Below, in pieces: positions 54,142 to 64,000 of a DNA stretch of 64,000 nt (positions within the stretch are counted from its first letter, which is position 1; each line of letters opens with the position of its first letter). This DNA comes from an uncultured Alphaproteobacteria bacterium (GTDB lineage Bacteria > Pseudomonadota > Alphaproteobacteria > CACIAM-22H2). The notes under the pieces were generated by a model. The model saw nothing but the letters and a program-made list of their open reading frames with translations. It was not told the DNA's origin and made no database searches. The stretch spans positions 232,139 to 296,138 of the forward strand of contig CAVVJD010000014.1 in assembly GCA_963748455.1 (NCBI GenBank). The letters are read 5' to 3'. Both the position numbers and the translations under genes were made by a program.

Positions 54142-54909
54142 ATGTCGCAGCCGAAAATCGCGATTGTCGCCGCCGAGACCGAGGCGGCGCGGGAGGCGCT
54201 GGTGCGGCTTCGTGCGCGCTACGCATTCGTGCCCGCCGAGGAGGCTGATGTGGTCGTGGCGCTGGGCGGCGACGGCTTTGTGCTGCAGCGGCTCCACCAG
54301 ACGATCGAGCGGCGCGTGCCGATCTTCGGCATGCATCGCGGGTCGATCGGCTTCCTTCTGAATGATTACCGCGAGGACGGTCTGCTCGAGCGCCTGGCGG
54401 CCGCGGTCCCGGTGACGCTGCATCCGTTGCGCATGATCGCGACCTGCCGCGAGGGAAAGCGCTGCGAGGCACTGGCGATCAACGAGGTCTCCCTGTTGCG
54501 CGAGAAGCACCAGGCCGCCAAGATCCGCATCCGTGTGGACGGTATCGAGCGCCTGCCGGAGCTGATCTGCGACGGCGTGCTGGTGGCAACACCCGCCGGC
54601 AGCACAGCCTATAATCTTTCAGCGCACGGGCCGATCATTCCCCTCGCCGCCGGGCTGCTGGCGCTGACGCCGATCAGCGCCTTCCGGCCGCGGCGCTGGC
54701 GCGGTGCTTTGCTGCCGCGCACCGCGCGTGTTGCGTTCGAGGTGCTCGAGGCCGACAAGCGGCCGGTCAGCGCCACCGCCGACGACCAGGAAGTGCGCGA
54801 CGTGACAAGCGTCGAGGTCTGCGAGGACCGCAACATCGCGCTCACGCTGCTGTTCGACCCCGAGCTCAATCTCGAGGAGCGGGTGCTGAAGGAGCAGTTC
54901 GCGCCCTAA
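54142..54909 (+). CDS. nadK: NAD kinase
   Basis: [42 protein letters not shown]. Confidence 0.95.
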   Translation: MSQPKIAIVAAETEAAREALVRLRARYAFVPAEEADVVVALGGDGFVLQRLHQTIERRVPIFGMHRGSIGFLLNDYREDGLLERLAAAVPVTLHPLRMIATCREGKRCEALAINEVSLLREKHQAAKIRIRVDGIERLPELICDGVLVATPAGSTAYNLSAHGPIIPLAAGLLALTPISAFRPRRWRGALLPRTARVAFEVLEADKRPVSATADDQEVRDVTSVEVCEDRNIALTLLFDPELNLEERVLKEQFAP

Positions 54910-55691
54910 GCCAGGCGCTGATCGCCGATCTTGTAGGCCTCGGTGAATACATCGAGGCCGTGGCTGCCGCCATTCACCAGCTTGCGCGCCTCGTCGAAGC
55001 GCTTAGCCTCCAGCGCCTTGATCATCCGGTCCTGGCAATCCTTGATGAACAAGGCGAGCAGGCGCGCGGCGATGTCCGGCTTGTTGGCGGCATCGGGATC
55101 GGCGACGAGATCAATGCCGATCTTCTGTCCGTATTTCTGGTAGTTCGCGCGGCCGGTGAGCTGCACGAAGCCGCGGCCCTTGAAGCGTTCGCCATCCGGC
55201 GCACCCTGATTGCCGAGATCGCTGCGCATATCGTATTTGTCGAACGGATGGCCGTTCTCCGTGGTGTTGAACCGTGACAGGCCTTCATTCAGCGGCTTGA
55301 ACGGCGCCGCCTCGGCCCGGATCGTCGCCAGCGCCGCCAGAACCGCGCGCCGGTCCTTGACGTCCGCCTTGGCGAGTTCGGCCATGACGGTCGGCAGGAA
55401 TTCGAGGATGTTCTCCGACGGGGCGCCCTCGCACATGTCCCCGACGATCCCGGGCGTGACCTTGGGCATGCCGGCGGGCACGGGCATATCGTCATACAGG
55501 GCCAGCATCGTCTTGCTGCCGATCTTGCCGTCGGAGCCAAGATTGCGACTGGCCTGGAAGGCGATGACCGCCTTCTCCGTCGCCTCGTCGAATGTGCCGG
55601 TGACCGGCCCGGGGTCGAAGCCATGCGCCTGGAGGCGCTCCTGAGCCGCACGAACGGCGACGCCGAACATTCCCTTGCGCAAGACAGGCAT
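54906..55691 (-). CDS. peptidoglycan-binding domain plus glycoside hydrolase family 19 (endolysin/chitinase-like)
   Basis: PG_binding_1 (LRKG...[15 protein letters not shown]...DGKIG); GH19 [33 protein letters not shown]. Confidence 0.87.
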   Translation of the reverse strand: MPVLRKGMFGVAVRAAQERLQAHGFDPGPVTGTFDEATEKAVIAFQASRNLGSDGKIGSKTMLALYDDMPVPAGMPKVTPGIVGDMCEGAPSENILEFLPTVMAELAKADVKDRRAVLAALATIRAEAAPFKPLNEGLSRFNTTENGHPFDKYDMRSDLGNQGAPDGERFKGRGFVQLTGRANYQKYGQKIGIDLVADPDAANKPDIAARLLALFIKDCQDRMIKALEAKRFDEARKLVNGGSHGLDVFTEAYKIGDQRLA

Positions 55692-55753
55692 GGTCCGTCT
55701 CCCCGCAATTAGAAGGCTAGCTTACTCCGTCCCCTTGAGGTTGCAAAGATGCG

Positions 55754-56611
55754 CTAGCTTTTCACGGTCTTACCGTGCGCGAAATCCGCTAGTACCCGGA
55801 TCAAGCCACCGATCCGTGTTTGCAACTCGGCAAACCCGGCTGACTTCTCACGCGTAACCTCGTCCATGTAAAGGTTACGATTGATCTCGATCTGCAGACT
55901 GTGACGCGCTTCACTCGGCCTGCCGTGGCGGCGCAGGATCTCGACGCCCTTGTAGGGATCGTTCACGCGCACGTCGTAGCCGTGGCCGCGCAAATTCGTG
56001 ACGACGGCGTCGGTAAACGCGCGGCTGCAGCTCGTGCCGTCACGATCGCCGATCACGAAATCGGCGCGCTGGACAGCGCCGTCGGGCGTCATGTCGCTGC
56101 CCTTCGATGCCATCGAATGGCAGTCGACATGGAAGACGGCGCCGAAGTGCCTGTGGCGCGCATCGAGGATGGCGGCGAGTTCTTCGTGATAGGGCCGATA
56201 ATATTTGACGATGCGCGCCTCGATCTCGGCGACGCTCAGCTTACGGTCGTAGACCGGGATGCCCGGCCGCGCGAGACGACGGATGAGGCCGATGCCGAGC
56301 TTGGTTTTCTCGCCCGGATTCAATTTTCCCGGCCAGCGTTCGTCGAGAAGCTGGGGATCGAGATCGCCAAGATCGCGGTTGACGTCGATATAGCTGCGCG
56401 GAAATTCCGCCGCCAGCATCGTGGCGCCCAGCGAGGGTGCTGCCGCGTAGAGCTCATCGACCCAGGTATCCTCCGCCGTGCGCAGCACATCGAACGACGC
56501 GGCGAAGCCGAAATCGGCAGGATAGGTGATGCCGCTATGGGGCAAGTCGAACACCAGCGGCACGACGGCGCCGTTGGGATCGTCGCGCCGCAGAACGCCG
56601 GGCTTGCGCAT
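55754..56611 (-). CDS. N-formylglutamate amidohydrolase family protein
   Basis: PHSG, EDTWVD, RSYIDVNR, YYRPYH, DCHSM, DFVIGDRDG, NDPYKG, QIEINRNLY. Confidence 0.92.
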   Translation of the reverse strand: MRKPGVLRRDDPNGAVVPLVFDLPHSGITYPADFGFAASFDVLRTAEDTWVDELYAAAPSLGATMLAAEFPRSYIDVNRDLGDLDPQLLDERWPGKLNPGEKTKLGIGLIRRLARPGIPVYDRKLSVAEIEARIVKYYRPYHEELAAILDARHRHFGAVFHVDCHSMASKGSDMTPDGAVQRADFVIGDRDGTSCSRAFTDAVVTNLRGHGYDVRVNDPYKGVEILRRHGRPSEARHSLQIEINRNLYMDEVTREKSAGFAELQTRIGGLIRVLADFAHGKTVKS

Positions 56612-57648
56612 CAAGGCTGATCGTTGAGATGGCAGGCCGAGCGGCGACCGGGTGCCACCTCCTTCAAGACAGGCGCTTCGACGCGGCAGCGCGCCATCGC
56701 ATGCGGGCAGCGCGGATGGAAGTGACATCCGGCGGGCGGATCGAGCGGCGACGGGATCTCGCCTTTGATCGGCACGAACTCGCGCCGGCGCGTGTCGAGG
56801 CGCGGAATCTCCGCCAGTAGCGCCACGGTGTAGGGGTGGTTGGGCTTGGCGAACAGATCCTCGGCCTTCCCCTCCTCCACGATGCGCCCCAGATACATGA
56901 TGGCGACGCGGTCGGAGAGATGGCGCACGACGCCGAGATCGTGGCTGATGAAAAGATAGGTGAGGTTGAGCTCGGCACGCAGGCGCATGAACAGGTTGAG
57001 CACCTGCGCCTGGATCGAAACGTCGAGCGCCGCCACCGCCTCGTCGCAGACGATGAAATCAGGCTTCACCGCGAGAGCGCGCGCAATGCCGATGCGCTGG
57101 CGCTGGCCGCCGGAGAATTGATGCGGGTAGCGACGCTTGACCGCGGGGTCGAGGCCGACGCGGCGCAGCGTTTCATCCACATAGCCGTCGAGTTCGGCCG
57201 AGGGCACCAGGCTGTGATAGCTCGGCCCTTCCGCCACGATGTCGCCCACGCGCATGCGCGGATTGAGCGAGGCGAACGGGTCCTGGAAAATCATCTGGAT
57301 CGCCAGGGCAGCGGCGCGCGCGTCGGCGCCCTGCAGGGCCGCCATATCGTGGCCGCGGAACAGGATGCTGCCCGACGATGCCGGCAGGATGCCGGCGACG
57401 ATGCGGCCGAGGGTCGACTTGCCGCAGCCGGACTCACCGACCAGGCCCACCACCTCGCCATGTGCCACCGACAGATCGACGCGGTCGACGGCGTGCACGA
57501 TCTCGGGATGCATATGGGCACCCAGGCGGTTCGCGATCTTGGCCGCGAGATCGAGCGGCTTCACAAAAAGCCGCGAGACCTGGCGCAGTTCGACGATCGG
57601 CGTTTGCGCCGTCGCGGCGGCCGCCGTGCGCAGGACCGATACGCTCAT
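56611..57648 (-). CDS. peptide ABC transporter ATPase (DppF/OppF-like)
   Basis: GESGCGKS, FQDPFASLNPR, FSGGQRQR, C-terminal CHFHPRC. Confidence 0.94.
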   Translation of the reverse strand: MSVSVLRTAAAATAQTPIVELRQVSRLFVKPLDLAAKIANRLGAHMHPEIVHAVDRVDLSVAHGEVVGLVGESGCGKSTLGRIVAGILPASSGSILFRGHDMAALQGADARAAALAIQMIFQDPFASLNPRMRVGDIVAEGPSYHSLVPSAELDGYVDETLRRVGLDPAVKRRYPHQFSGGQRQRIGIARALAVKPDFIVCDEAVAALDVSIQAQVLNLFMRLRAELNLTYLFISHDLGVVRHLSDRVAIMYLGRIVEEGKAEDLFAKPNHPYTVALLAEIPRLDTRRREFVPIKGEIPSPLDPPAGCHFHPRCPHAMARCRVEAPVLKEVAPGRRSACHLNDQP

Positions 57649-58625
57649 GCCGGCACCGCCGCCAGCGGATGCCAACAGCGCGCGAGGCGGCCCTGCCCTT
57701 GCGGCGTCATGTCCGGCATCTGCGCGCAGACACCGTCGGCGCGCGGACAGCGCTGGCGGAACGCGCAGCCCGGCGGCAGCGACATCAGCGACGGCGTCAT
57801 GCCCGGGATCTGATGCAGCGGCCGGCCGCGCGGATTGGCGCTGGGAACGGAGCGGATCAGGCCATCGGTGTACGGGTGCGCCGGATGATCGAGCAGATCG
57901 TCGACCCGGCCCTGCTCGACGATGCGGCCCGCATACATGACGCAGACTTCGTCGGCCAGCGAGGCCACCACCGAGAGGTCATGGGTAATCCAGATCACCG
58001 CCGTGCCGGTCTGGCGCGTGAGCTTCTGCATCTCGAACAGGATCTGGCCCTGGATGGTGACGTCGAGCGCCGTCGTCGGCTCGTCGGCGATGATGATGTC
58101 GGGCTTGTTCAGGAGCGCAATGGCAATGGCGACGCGCTGGCGCATGCCGCCGGAAAACTGATGCGGATAGGCTTTCAGCCGCTCGTCAGGGCTGGGAATG
58201 CCGACCTGGCCCAGCGCATCGCGCGAGCGCTTGCGCGCCTCGTCGTCGCTGACCTTGTCGTGCGCCTTCACTGCCTCAACCATCTGGGTCTCGATGCGCA
58301 GGACCGGATTGAGCGTCATCATCGGGTCCTGGAAGATCATGGCGATGCGGCCACCGCGAAGCTGGCGCATCTCCTCCTCCGGCAGGGTCAGCAGATCTTG
58401 GCCGCGATAGAGGATGCGCCCGCCGGAAATGCGGCCCGGCGGGTCGACGAGGCGCATGATCGAAAAGCCGGTCACCGATTTACCGGAGCCTGATTCGCCC
58501 ACCAGGCCGAGGATCTTGCCGCGCTCGACGGAGAAAGACACACCGTCGACGGCTTTCAGCACGCCGGCGCGGGTGTGAAACCACGTCTTGAGATCGTCAA
58601 CGACGAGAGTAGTGGCGGTGCTCAT
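57645..58625 (-). CDS. peptide ABC transporter ATPase (DppD/OppD-like)
   Basis: GESGSGKS, FQDPMMTLNP, YPHQFSGGMRQR, ADEPTTALD. Confidence 0.94.
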   Translation of the reverse strand: MSTATTLVVDDLKTWFHTRAGVLKAVDGVSFSVERGKILGLVGESGSGKSVTGFSIMRLVDPPGRISGGRILYRGQDLLTLPEEEMRQLRGGRIAMIFQDPMMTLNPVLRIETQMVEAVKAHDKVSDDEARKRSRDALGQVGIPSPDERLKAYPHQFSGGMRQRVAIAIALLNKPDIIIADEPTTALDVTIQGQILFEMQKLTRQTGTAVIWITHDLSVVASLADEVCVMYAGRIVEQGRVDDLLDHPAHPYTDGLIRSVPSANPRGRPLHQIPGMTPSLMSLPPGCAFRQRCPRADGVCAQMPDMTPQGQGRLARCWHPLAAVPA

Positions 58626-58632
58626 CGCTTCT

Positions 58633-59547
58633 CTATTTCTGCAGCCGCGGATTCAAGACATCGCGGAGCTGGTCGCCGACCAGGTTGATCGAGACGATCA
58701 CGAACAGCAGCGCCACGCCGGGGAAGAAGCTGATCCAGTACTTGCCCGACATCATGTATTCGAAACCGTTGGAGATGAGCAGGCCCAGCGAGGGCTCGGT
58801 GATCGGCAGGCCGATGCCGAGGAACGACAGCGTCGCCTCAAGAGCAATTGCACGCGCCACTTCGACCGTGGCAATGACGATCAGCGGCGGCATGCAGTTG
58901 GGCATCAGATGGCGGAAGACAATGCGTGACTGCGAGAGCGCCAGGCAGCGTGCCGCTTCGATATAGTCCTTGCGCCGCTCGACCAGCGCCGTCGCGCGCA
59001 CCGTGCGCGCGTAATAGGCCCATTGCACCGTCACCAGCGCGATGATGATCTTGTCGATCCCCTGCCCCAGCACCGCCAGCAGGATGAGGGCGACGAGGAT
59101 GGCCGGGAAGCTCAACTGGATATCGACCACGCGCATGATGACGGTGTCGATCCGGCCGCCGAAATAGGCGGCCAACAGGCCGGCAGACGTACCAACGCAG
59201 AGCGCGATCAGCGAGGCGAAGACGCCGACACCCAGCGAAATGCGCAGGCCGTAGAGAATGCCCGACAGCATGTCGCGGCCCTGGTCGTCCGAGCCCAGCA
59301 GGAAGATGAAGCCGTCGCCGGATTTCGCGCCCGGCGGCAGGCGCCCGTCGAGGATGTCGAGCTGGTTCAGATCGTAAGGGTTCTGCGGCGAGATCCAGGG
59401 TGCCAGCAGCGCCAGGACGATCACGATCGTGAACATCGCCAGGCCCGCGAGCGCCAACCGGCTCTGCGCGAAATCGCTGACGAAGCGGCGGAACGGTGTT
59501 TCCACCACCGGCGGGACGGCACTGTCCTTGCTGACGATCGTCGCCAT
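58633..59547 (-). CDS. peptide ABC transporter permease (DppC-like)
   Basis: LLGSDDQGRD, YGLRISL, YIEAA, HLMPN, LSFLGIG. Confidence 0.93.
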   Translation of the reverse strand: MATIVSKDSAVPPVVETPFRRFVSDFAQSRLALAGLAMFTIVIVLALLAPWISPQNPYDLNQLDILDGRLPPGAKSGDGFIFLLGSDDQGRDMLSGILYGLRISLGVGVFASLIALCVGTSAGLLAAYFGGRIDTVIMRVVDIQLSFPAILVALILLAVLGQGIDKIIIALVTVQWAYYARTVRATALVERRKDYIEAARCLALSQSRIVFRHLMPNCMPPLIVIATVEVARAIALEATLSFLGIGLPITEPSLGLLISNGFEYMMSGKYWISFFPGVALLFVIVSINLVGDQLRDVLNPRLQK

Positions 59548-59555
59548 GGAATGCC

Positions 59556-60536
59556 TCAAGAGCTGCGCAGATCCGCGAGGCGGACCCGCGGATCGAGCAC
59601 GGTGTAGAGGACGTCCACCACCAGATTGATGATGATGAAGATGAACACGATGATCAGCAGATAGGCGACGATCACCGGCCGGTCGAGCATGCGGATCGAG
59701 TCAATAATGAGCTTGCCCATGCCCGGCCAAGCGAAAACGGATTCGGTCACCACCGCGAATGCGATCTGCGTGCCGGTCTCGATGCCCAGCACGGTCACGA
59801 TCGGGATCATGATGTTCTTGAGCACATGCACGAACACGACGCGGCGCATGGTCAGGCCCTTGGCGCGCGCGAACTTCACGTAGTCCATCAGCATGTTCTC
59901 GCGGATGCCGGCGCGGGTCAGGCGGATCACCAGCGAGAGCTTGAACAGGGCCAGGTTGAGGCCGGGCATCAGGATATGCGCGATACCGTCCCAGGTGGCG
60001 AGGCTGGTCGTGATACCGAGGATCTGCCCGGTCTGGCCACGGCCGATCGAGGGGAGCCACTGCAGATCGACCGCGAAGACCATGATCATCATCAGCCCGA
60101 CCCAGAAGGTCGGCAGGCTGAAGCCGAGGATCGAGCCGGCCATAATCGCCCGCGATACCTTCGAGTCCGGCCGGAAGCCGGCATAAAGGCCCAGCGGGAT
60201 GCCGATCACCACGGCTATCAGCATGGAGACGAAGACGAGCTCGAGCGTGGCCGGCATGCGCTCCAGGATCAGGCGCAGCGCCGATTGGTTGAAGACAAAG
60301 GACTTGCCGAGATCGCCGCCCGCCGCGTTCTGCAGGAAGACGAGATATTGCTGCCACATCGGCAGATCGAGGCCCAGCGCCTGGATGGCGCGCTCGCGCT
60401 CGATCTGATCGGCGTCGCCAGCGATGAAGATGTCGATCGGGTTGCCGATCAGAAAAACGCCGATGAAGACGATCAGCGACATCACGAACAGGACGAAGGC
60501 GCTCTGCGCCACCCGGCGGATGATGAAGACGCTCAT
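59556..60536 (-). CDS. peptide ABC transporter permease (DppB-like)
   Basis: LGLDLP, GDLGKS, RMPATLEL, YVKFARAKGL, ESVFAWPGMG. Confidence 0.93.
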   Translation of the reverse strand: MSVFIIRRVAQSAFVLFVMSLIVFIGVFLIGNPIDIFIAGDADQIERERAIQALGLDLPMWQQYLVFLQNAAGGDLGKSFVFNQSALRLILERMPATLELVFVSMLIAVVIGIPLGLYAGFRPDSKVSRAIMAGSILGFSLPTFWVGLMMIMVFAVDLQWLPSIGRGQTGQILGITTSLATWDGIAHILMPGLNLALFKLSLVIRLTRAGIRENMLMDYVKFARAKGLTMRRVVFVHVLKNIMIPIVTVLGIETGTQIAFAVVTESVFAWPGMGKLIIDSIRMLDRPVIVAYLLIIVFIFIIINLVVDVLYTVLDPRVRLADLRSS

Positions 60537-60570
60537 CGCTTGGGCCTCATCTTCATGCGCATCGCACCCA

Positions 60571-62148
60571 TCAGTTGGCGGGCCGCACGGATTGCGCGAG
60601 CGTGTATTCGTCCGACCGCGGGGAATAGGTCAGCCCCTTGCGCAGCGCCCAGAGGTTGACCTGGAAATGCAGCGGGACGATCGCGTAATCGCCGATCCCG
60701 ATCTCGCTTGCTTCCTGCAGCAGCTTATCACGCTTTGCGTCGTCAACCGTCCCCAACGCCTGCGCCAGAATCTGATCGAGCTTGGGATTGGAATAGCGCC
60801 CGCGATTGGCGAGTCCCGTTCCCTTTTCCTGATCGAAGGTTGCGAAAATGGAGCGCAGCGGCGATGACGTCTCGCCCGTACCGGCGGCCCAGCCTAGCAT
60901 CATCACGGTATAGGCAAACGTGGGAGGACCAGATTGTGAAAAATAAGTCGCGGAGGGCTGCGTAATGACGCGCGTGTCGATGCCGACACGGTTCAGCATC
61001 GGGCCGATCGCCTGCAGGATCTTCTCGTCATTGACGTAGCGATCGTTGGGGCCATGAATGGTGAGGCCGAATCCATTGGGATAGCCGGCTTCGGCCAAAA
61101 GCTTGCGTGCGCCATCGGGATCGAACGCCTCCGGCTTCAATCTCGGGCTCACGCCGAAGAATCCTTCCGGCAGAAGGCCGCCGGCCGGGATCGCTTCGCC
61201 CTCCATGAGCCGCTCGACGATCGCGGGCCGGTTGATGGCCTTGGAGAGCGCCTGGCGCACGCGCTTATCCTTGAGCGGATTGTTGGGCAGCACCGCCCCC
61301 GCCTTGTCGGTCGCATAGGGCGTCTGTGGCCGGAAGCTGTCGACATGCAGATAGATGAGGCGGTTGGAGACCGCGCGCGCGATGGTGACGCTGGAATTGG
61401 TCTTGAGCTTGGCAACGTCCGTGGTCGGCACCCCCTCGATCATCTGCACGTCACCGGCGAGCAGGGCCGCCACGCGCGCGGGATCGTTGGTGATGAGTTT
61501 GAGGGTCACGCGCACCCAGTACGGCTTGGCGCCCCAATAGGCATCATTGCGGGTGAGCACAATGCGGTCGCCGGGCACGTATTCGACGAACTTGAACGGG
61601 CCGGTGCCGATCGCGGCGCGGCCGCCATTGAAATCGGTGGTCGGCGATTGCTCGTGCTTGCGCGAGACGATGTTGATGAGCGCCAGGTAGTTGGGCATCA
61701 AGGGGAACGGTTTTTCCGTCTTGAAGCGGATCGTGTGCGGGTCGACGACGATCGTTTCCTTGATCTGGCCGGTGTAGGTCGTGAAGGCGGACGGGCTGTT
61801 GGGGACCCACGGCACGCGCTTGAGGGTGGCGACCACATCCTCGGCGCTGAAATCGCTGCCATCGTGAAACTTCACGCCGTGACGCAGCTTGAACTCCCAG
61901 GTCGTGTCGTCGATCGTCTTCCATTCGGTCGCGAGACCGGGAACGGGCCGCTGCTTCTCGTCCATATGCACGAGGCGGTCGAAGATGTGCCAGGCGACGG
62001 CCGAGTTGGGCGACAGGTTGTGATAATGCGGGTCAATCGACGTCACATTGGCGCCCAGGCCGATGACGATATCCTGTGCCACCGCCGCGGTGGCAAGTCC
62101 GGCCGCGAGCGCAACACCCAGCGTCGCTCGCAGCAATGTCCTGAACAT
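60571..62148 (-). CDS. family-5 (Dpp/Opp/Nik) ABC substrate-binding protein
   Basis: Signal peptide, PGLATEW, FKLRHGVKFHDG, IGTGPF, DKRVRQA, LLAEAGYPNG. Confidence 0.94.
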   Translation of the reverse strand: MFRTLLRATLGVALAAGLATAAVAQDIVIGLGANVTSIDPHYHNLSPNSAVAWHIFDRLVHMDEKQRPVPGLATEWKTIDDTTWEFKLRHGVKFHDGSDFSAEDVVATLKRVPWVPNSPSAFTTYTGQIKETIVVDPHTIRFKTEKPFPLMPNYLALINIVSRKHEQSPTTDFNGGRAAIGTGPFKFVEYVPGDRIVLTRNDAYWGAKPYWVRVTLKLITNDPARVAALLAGDVQMIEGVPTTDVAKLKTNSSVTIARAVSNRLIYLHVDSFRPQTPYATDKAGAVLPNNPLKDKRVRQALSKAINRPAIVERLMEGEAIPAGGLLPEGFFGVSPRLKPEAFDPDGARKLLAEAGYPNGFGLTIHGPNDRYVNDEKILQAIGPMLNRVGIDTRVITQPSATYFSQSGPPTFAYTVMMLGWAAGTGETSSPLRSIFATFDQEKGTGLANRGRYSNPKLDQILAQALGTVDDAKRDKLLQEASEIGIGDYAIVPLHFQVNLWALRKGLTYSPRSDEYTLAQSVRPAN

Positions 62149-62372
62149 GCGCGTAGCCCCTCTTTGCAGTCATCGGCCGGGGCAAGGCGACGAAACCCGT
62201 CCCGCCCCTGTCAGCCTCACCCTGTCGGCCGCTTCTGCAGCCTTCTTGATCCCCGCCTGCACGCGCTGTCACACGCGCGGCCGGGACCGAATTGCCGCGC
62301 GAACTCTTGCAGGAAATCCCGTTGCTTGCAAGGAATTGCCCCATTATTGGGCGAGGTGTCCGGATGATGAAT

Positions 62373-63920
62373 TCACGCCCAGTTCGGGGCCTGCCATGTC
62401 ACCTGCTGGTCGAGCGGGAACACCGGCCGCGGCAGGTGCTTGAACGCAAAGCGGGTGAGAATCGGCGAGGTCAGGCCGGCGGTGTCGACCTCGTAGACCT
62501 GCTCGGGCTTGAAGAACTCGTCAAAGCCGGCGCGGAAATGACCGCGCGATTTGACGACCACGGTGCGGGCCTTGGCGACATCGAGACCCATCATCTCGAA
62601 AAAGATCGGGTCGGCGCATTGCTTACGCGCCGTGCCGACCACAACCGTGATACCGCCAAGGTCGAGGGCGGCGCTCGGTCCCAAATCGAGGCTGCGCCCG
62701 GCCCAAATACCGCGCCGCCCGACGATATGGCCGTCATGCAGGGCGATCACCTTCGCCGGCGCGGCAAAACGTCGCGAGAACTCGCTGACGCCGGTGCGAT
62801 TGAAAACCGCCTCAAAGCTTGCCCCCTTCCCCAGGCGATGCGCTTCCAGCGCCAGGGCCGGGTCGATGAACACGCCCAGCAGAACGCCTTGCGCGCCGGC
62901 CTTGTGCAGCGATTCCAGAAGCCAGGCGGTGTTGCCGCGCCCGCCGCCGCCGGGATTGTCGCCGGCGTCGGAATAAATCAGTGCCGCAAGCGTCTTGTCG
63001 CGGCCCCTGGCCACGGCCAAGGCGGTGGCCTCCTCGAGCGAGGTGAGCTGCTTCTGGAAGCGCTGACGGTCGTCCCAGGCGCGCTGCGCCAGATCGCGGG
63101 CCAGGTGCCGGGCCGGCTCCACCTTGTCGCGCGCGGTGACGATGACCGCGATTCCGTTCTTGGGCGTGTCGGAGAATGCGAAGCCGCCGACGACCGAAAC
63201 ATTCATGATCTCCGGCGTCAAGCGCCGCTGGCCCTCGGCGATCAGGTCGGCATAGGGCCCCGCGGCCGTCAGCAAATTCACACTTGCCGGGGTCATCGGC
63301 AGGCGGATGAAGGCAGAGCGCGCCTTGACGCCGCTCATCAGCTCGTCGAGCAACACGGCCGCCTCGGCGCCGCGCTCGGCCTGATCGACATGCGGATTGG
63401 TGAGGTAAGAGACCAGCACATCGACATTGTCGACCATGGCATCGGAGATGTTGGCGTGGAGATCGACAGTGGCGACTACGGCCACGTCCTTGCCCACCGT
63501 GTCGCGGATCATGCGGTAAAGCATGCCGTCCGGATCGGGCGTGCCGGTCGAGGTCATGGCGCCATGATTGGTGTTGTAGACGGCATCGAGCTTGCCGGCG
63601 GCACCCAGACGCCGGCGCATCTCCTCCAACACGCGTAGGAAGAAGTCATGGTCGATCGGCCCGCCCGGCTCGGCGCCGGTGACCAGGATCGGCACGATCT
63701 CCCAGTCCGGGGTGCCGCGGCGCTTGGCACAGGCCTGGGCGGAGGCCAGGAAGCCCGTCACCTCGGCCGGCAGGGCCGGCGCCGGGCGGCGCGCCTCGGC
63801 GAGGATGGCGTCGCCCTCCAGATAACAGAGGCGGCGGAAATCGGCCTCGGTGCTTACGGGTGCGAAGGCGTTGCTTTCGAGATGCAGGCCCAGCAGGGCC
63901 ACGCGCTTGGTCGGTGTCAT
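62373..63920 (-). CDS. M81-family metallopeptidase (MlrC-like)
   Basis: ESNAF, HGAM, VDLHAN, YLTNPHVD, DAGDNPGGGG, VVKSRGHFRAGF, RPVFPLD. Confidence 0.92.
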   Translation of the reverse strand: MTPTKRVALLGLHLESNAFAPVSTEADFRRLCYLEGDAILAEARRPAPALPAEVTGFLASAQACAKRRGTPDWEIVPILVTGAEPGGPIDHDFFLRVLEEMRRRLGAAGKLDAVYNTNHGAMTSTGTPDPDGMLYRMIRDTVGKDVAVVATVDLHANISDAMVDNVDVLVSYLTNPHVDQAERGAEAAVLLDELMSGVKARSAFIRLPMTPASVNLLTAAGPYADLIAEGQRRLTPEIMNVSVVGGFAFSDTPKNGIAVIVTARDKVEPARHLARDLAQRAWDDRQRFQKQLTSLEEATALAVARGRDKTLAALIYSDAGDNPGGGGRGNTAWLLESLHKAGAQGVLLGVFIDPALALEAHRLGKGASFEAVFNRTGVSEFSRRFAAPAKVIALHDGHIVGRRGIWAGRSLDLGPSAALDLGGITVVVGTARKQCADPIFFEMMGLDVAKARTVVVKSRGHFRAGFDEFFKPEQVYEVDTAGLTSPILTRFAFKHLPRPVFPLDQQVTWQAPNWA

Positions 63921-64000
63921 TTTCGTGAAGGCATCCGTGTTCTGTTGCAGGGGTCCCGCGAGACCCATATTCTACGGCAAATTCCGAGGCTTCACCCTGT

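Noticed and set aside
54906-55691. Prophage around the GH19 gene
   Set aside because: Neighbours are nadK and a metabolic operon; no holin, structural or integrase genes.

Overview
GC-rich alphaproteobacterial chromosome segment with a Rhodospirillales-like gene order. The backbone is a motility/cell-cycle supercluster: fliK-flgE1-flgE2-sciP-fliF-fliG-fliH-fliN-motA-flbD-flhA-flhF-flhG-(FliK-like gene), fliJ-fliI/ctrA, and chpT-cheA-cheW-cheY-cheB-cheR. Two accessory blocks interrupt it at convergent gene junctions. Block 15.7-25.0 kb holds a small unknown protein plus a heavily frameshifted glmS behind a palindrome, a cupin, an FAD oxidoreductase, creA, a TRAP transporter and GntR. Block 27.8-32.9 kb holds an HTH-like protein, a 1-Cys peroxiredoxin, two PEP-CTERM proteins and a PAS-LuxR regulator. 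The right half has a Tat-exported kelch protein, a Mo/W cluster (mobA, fdhD, tupBCA, modA, mop, a MolABC-like type II ABC, an HTH_17-PBP regulator, moaA), a Cache-PAS kinase, NAD kinase, a lone PG-binding/GH19 hydrolase and an MlrC-dppABCDF-amidohydrolase operon. Two families of palindromic REP-like repeats are present. Many genes carry single-base indels that look like long-read consensus errors, and several fall exactly on GANTC (CcrM) sites. No rRNA, tRNA, CRISPR, transposase or prophage was recognised. All calls come from reading motifs by eye; no database search was run.
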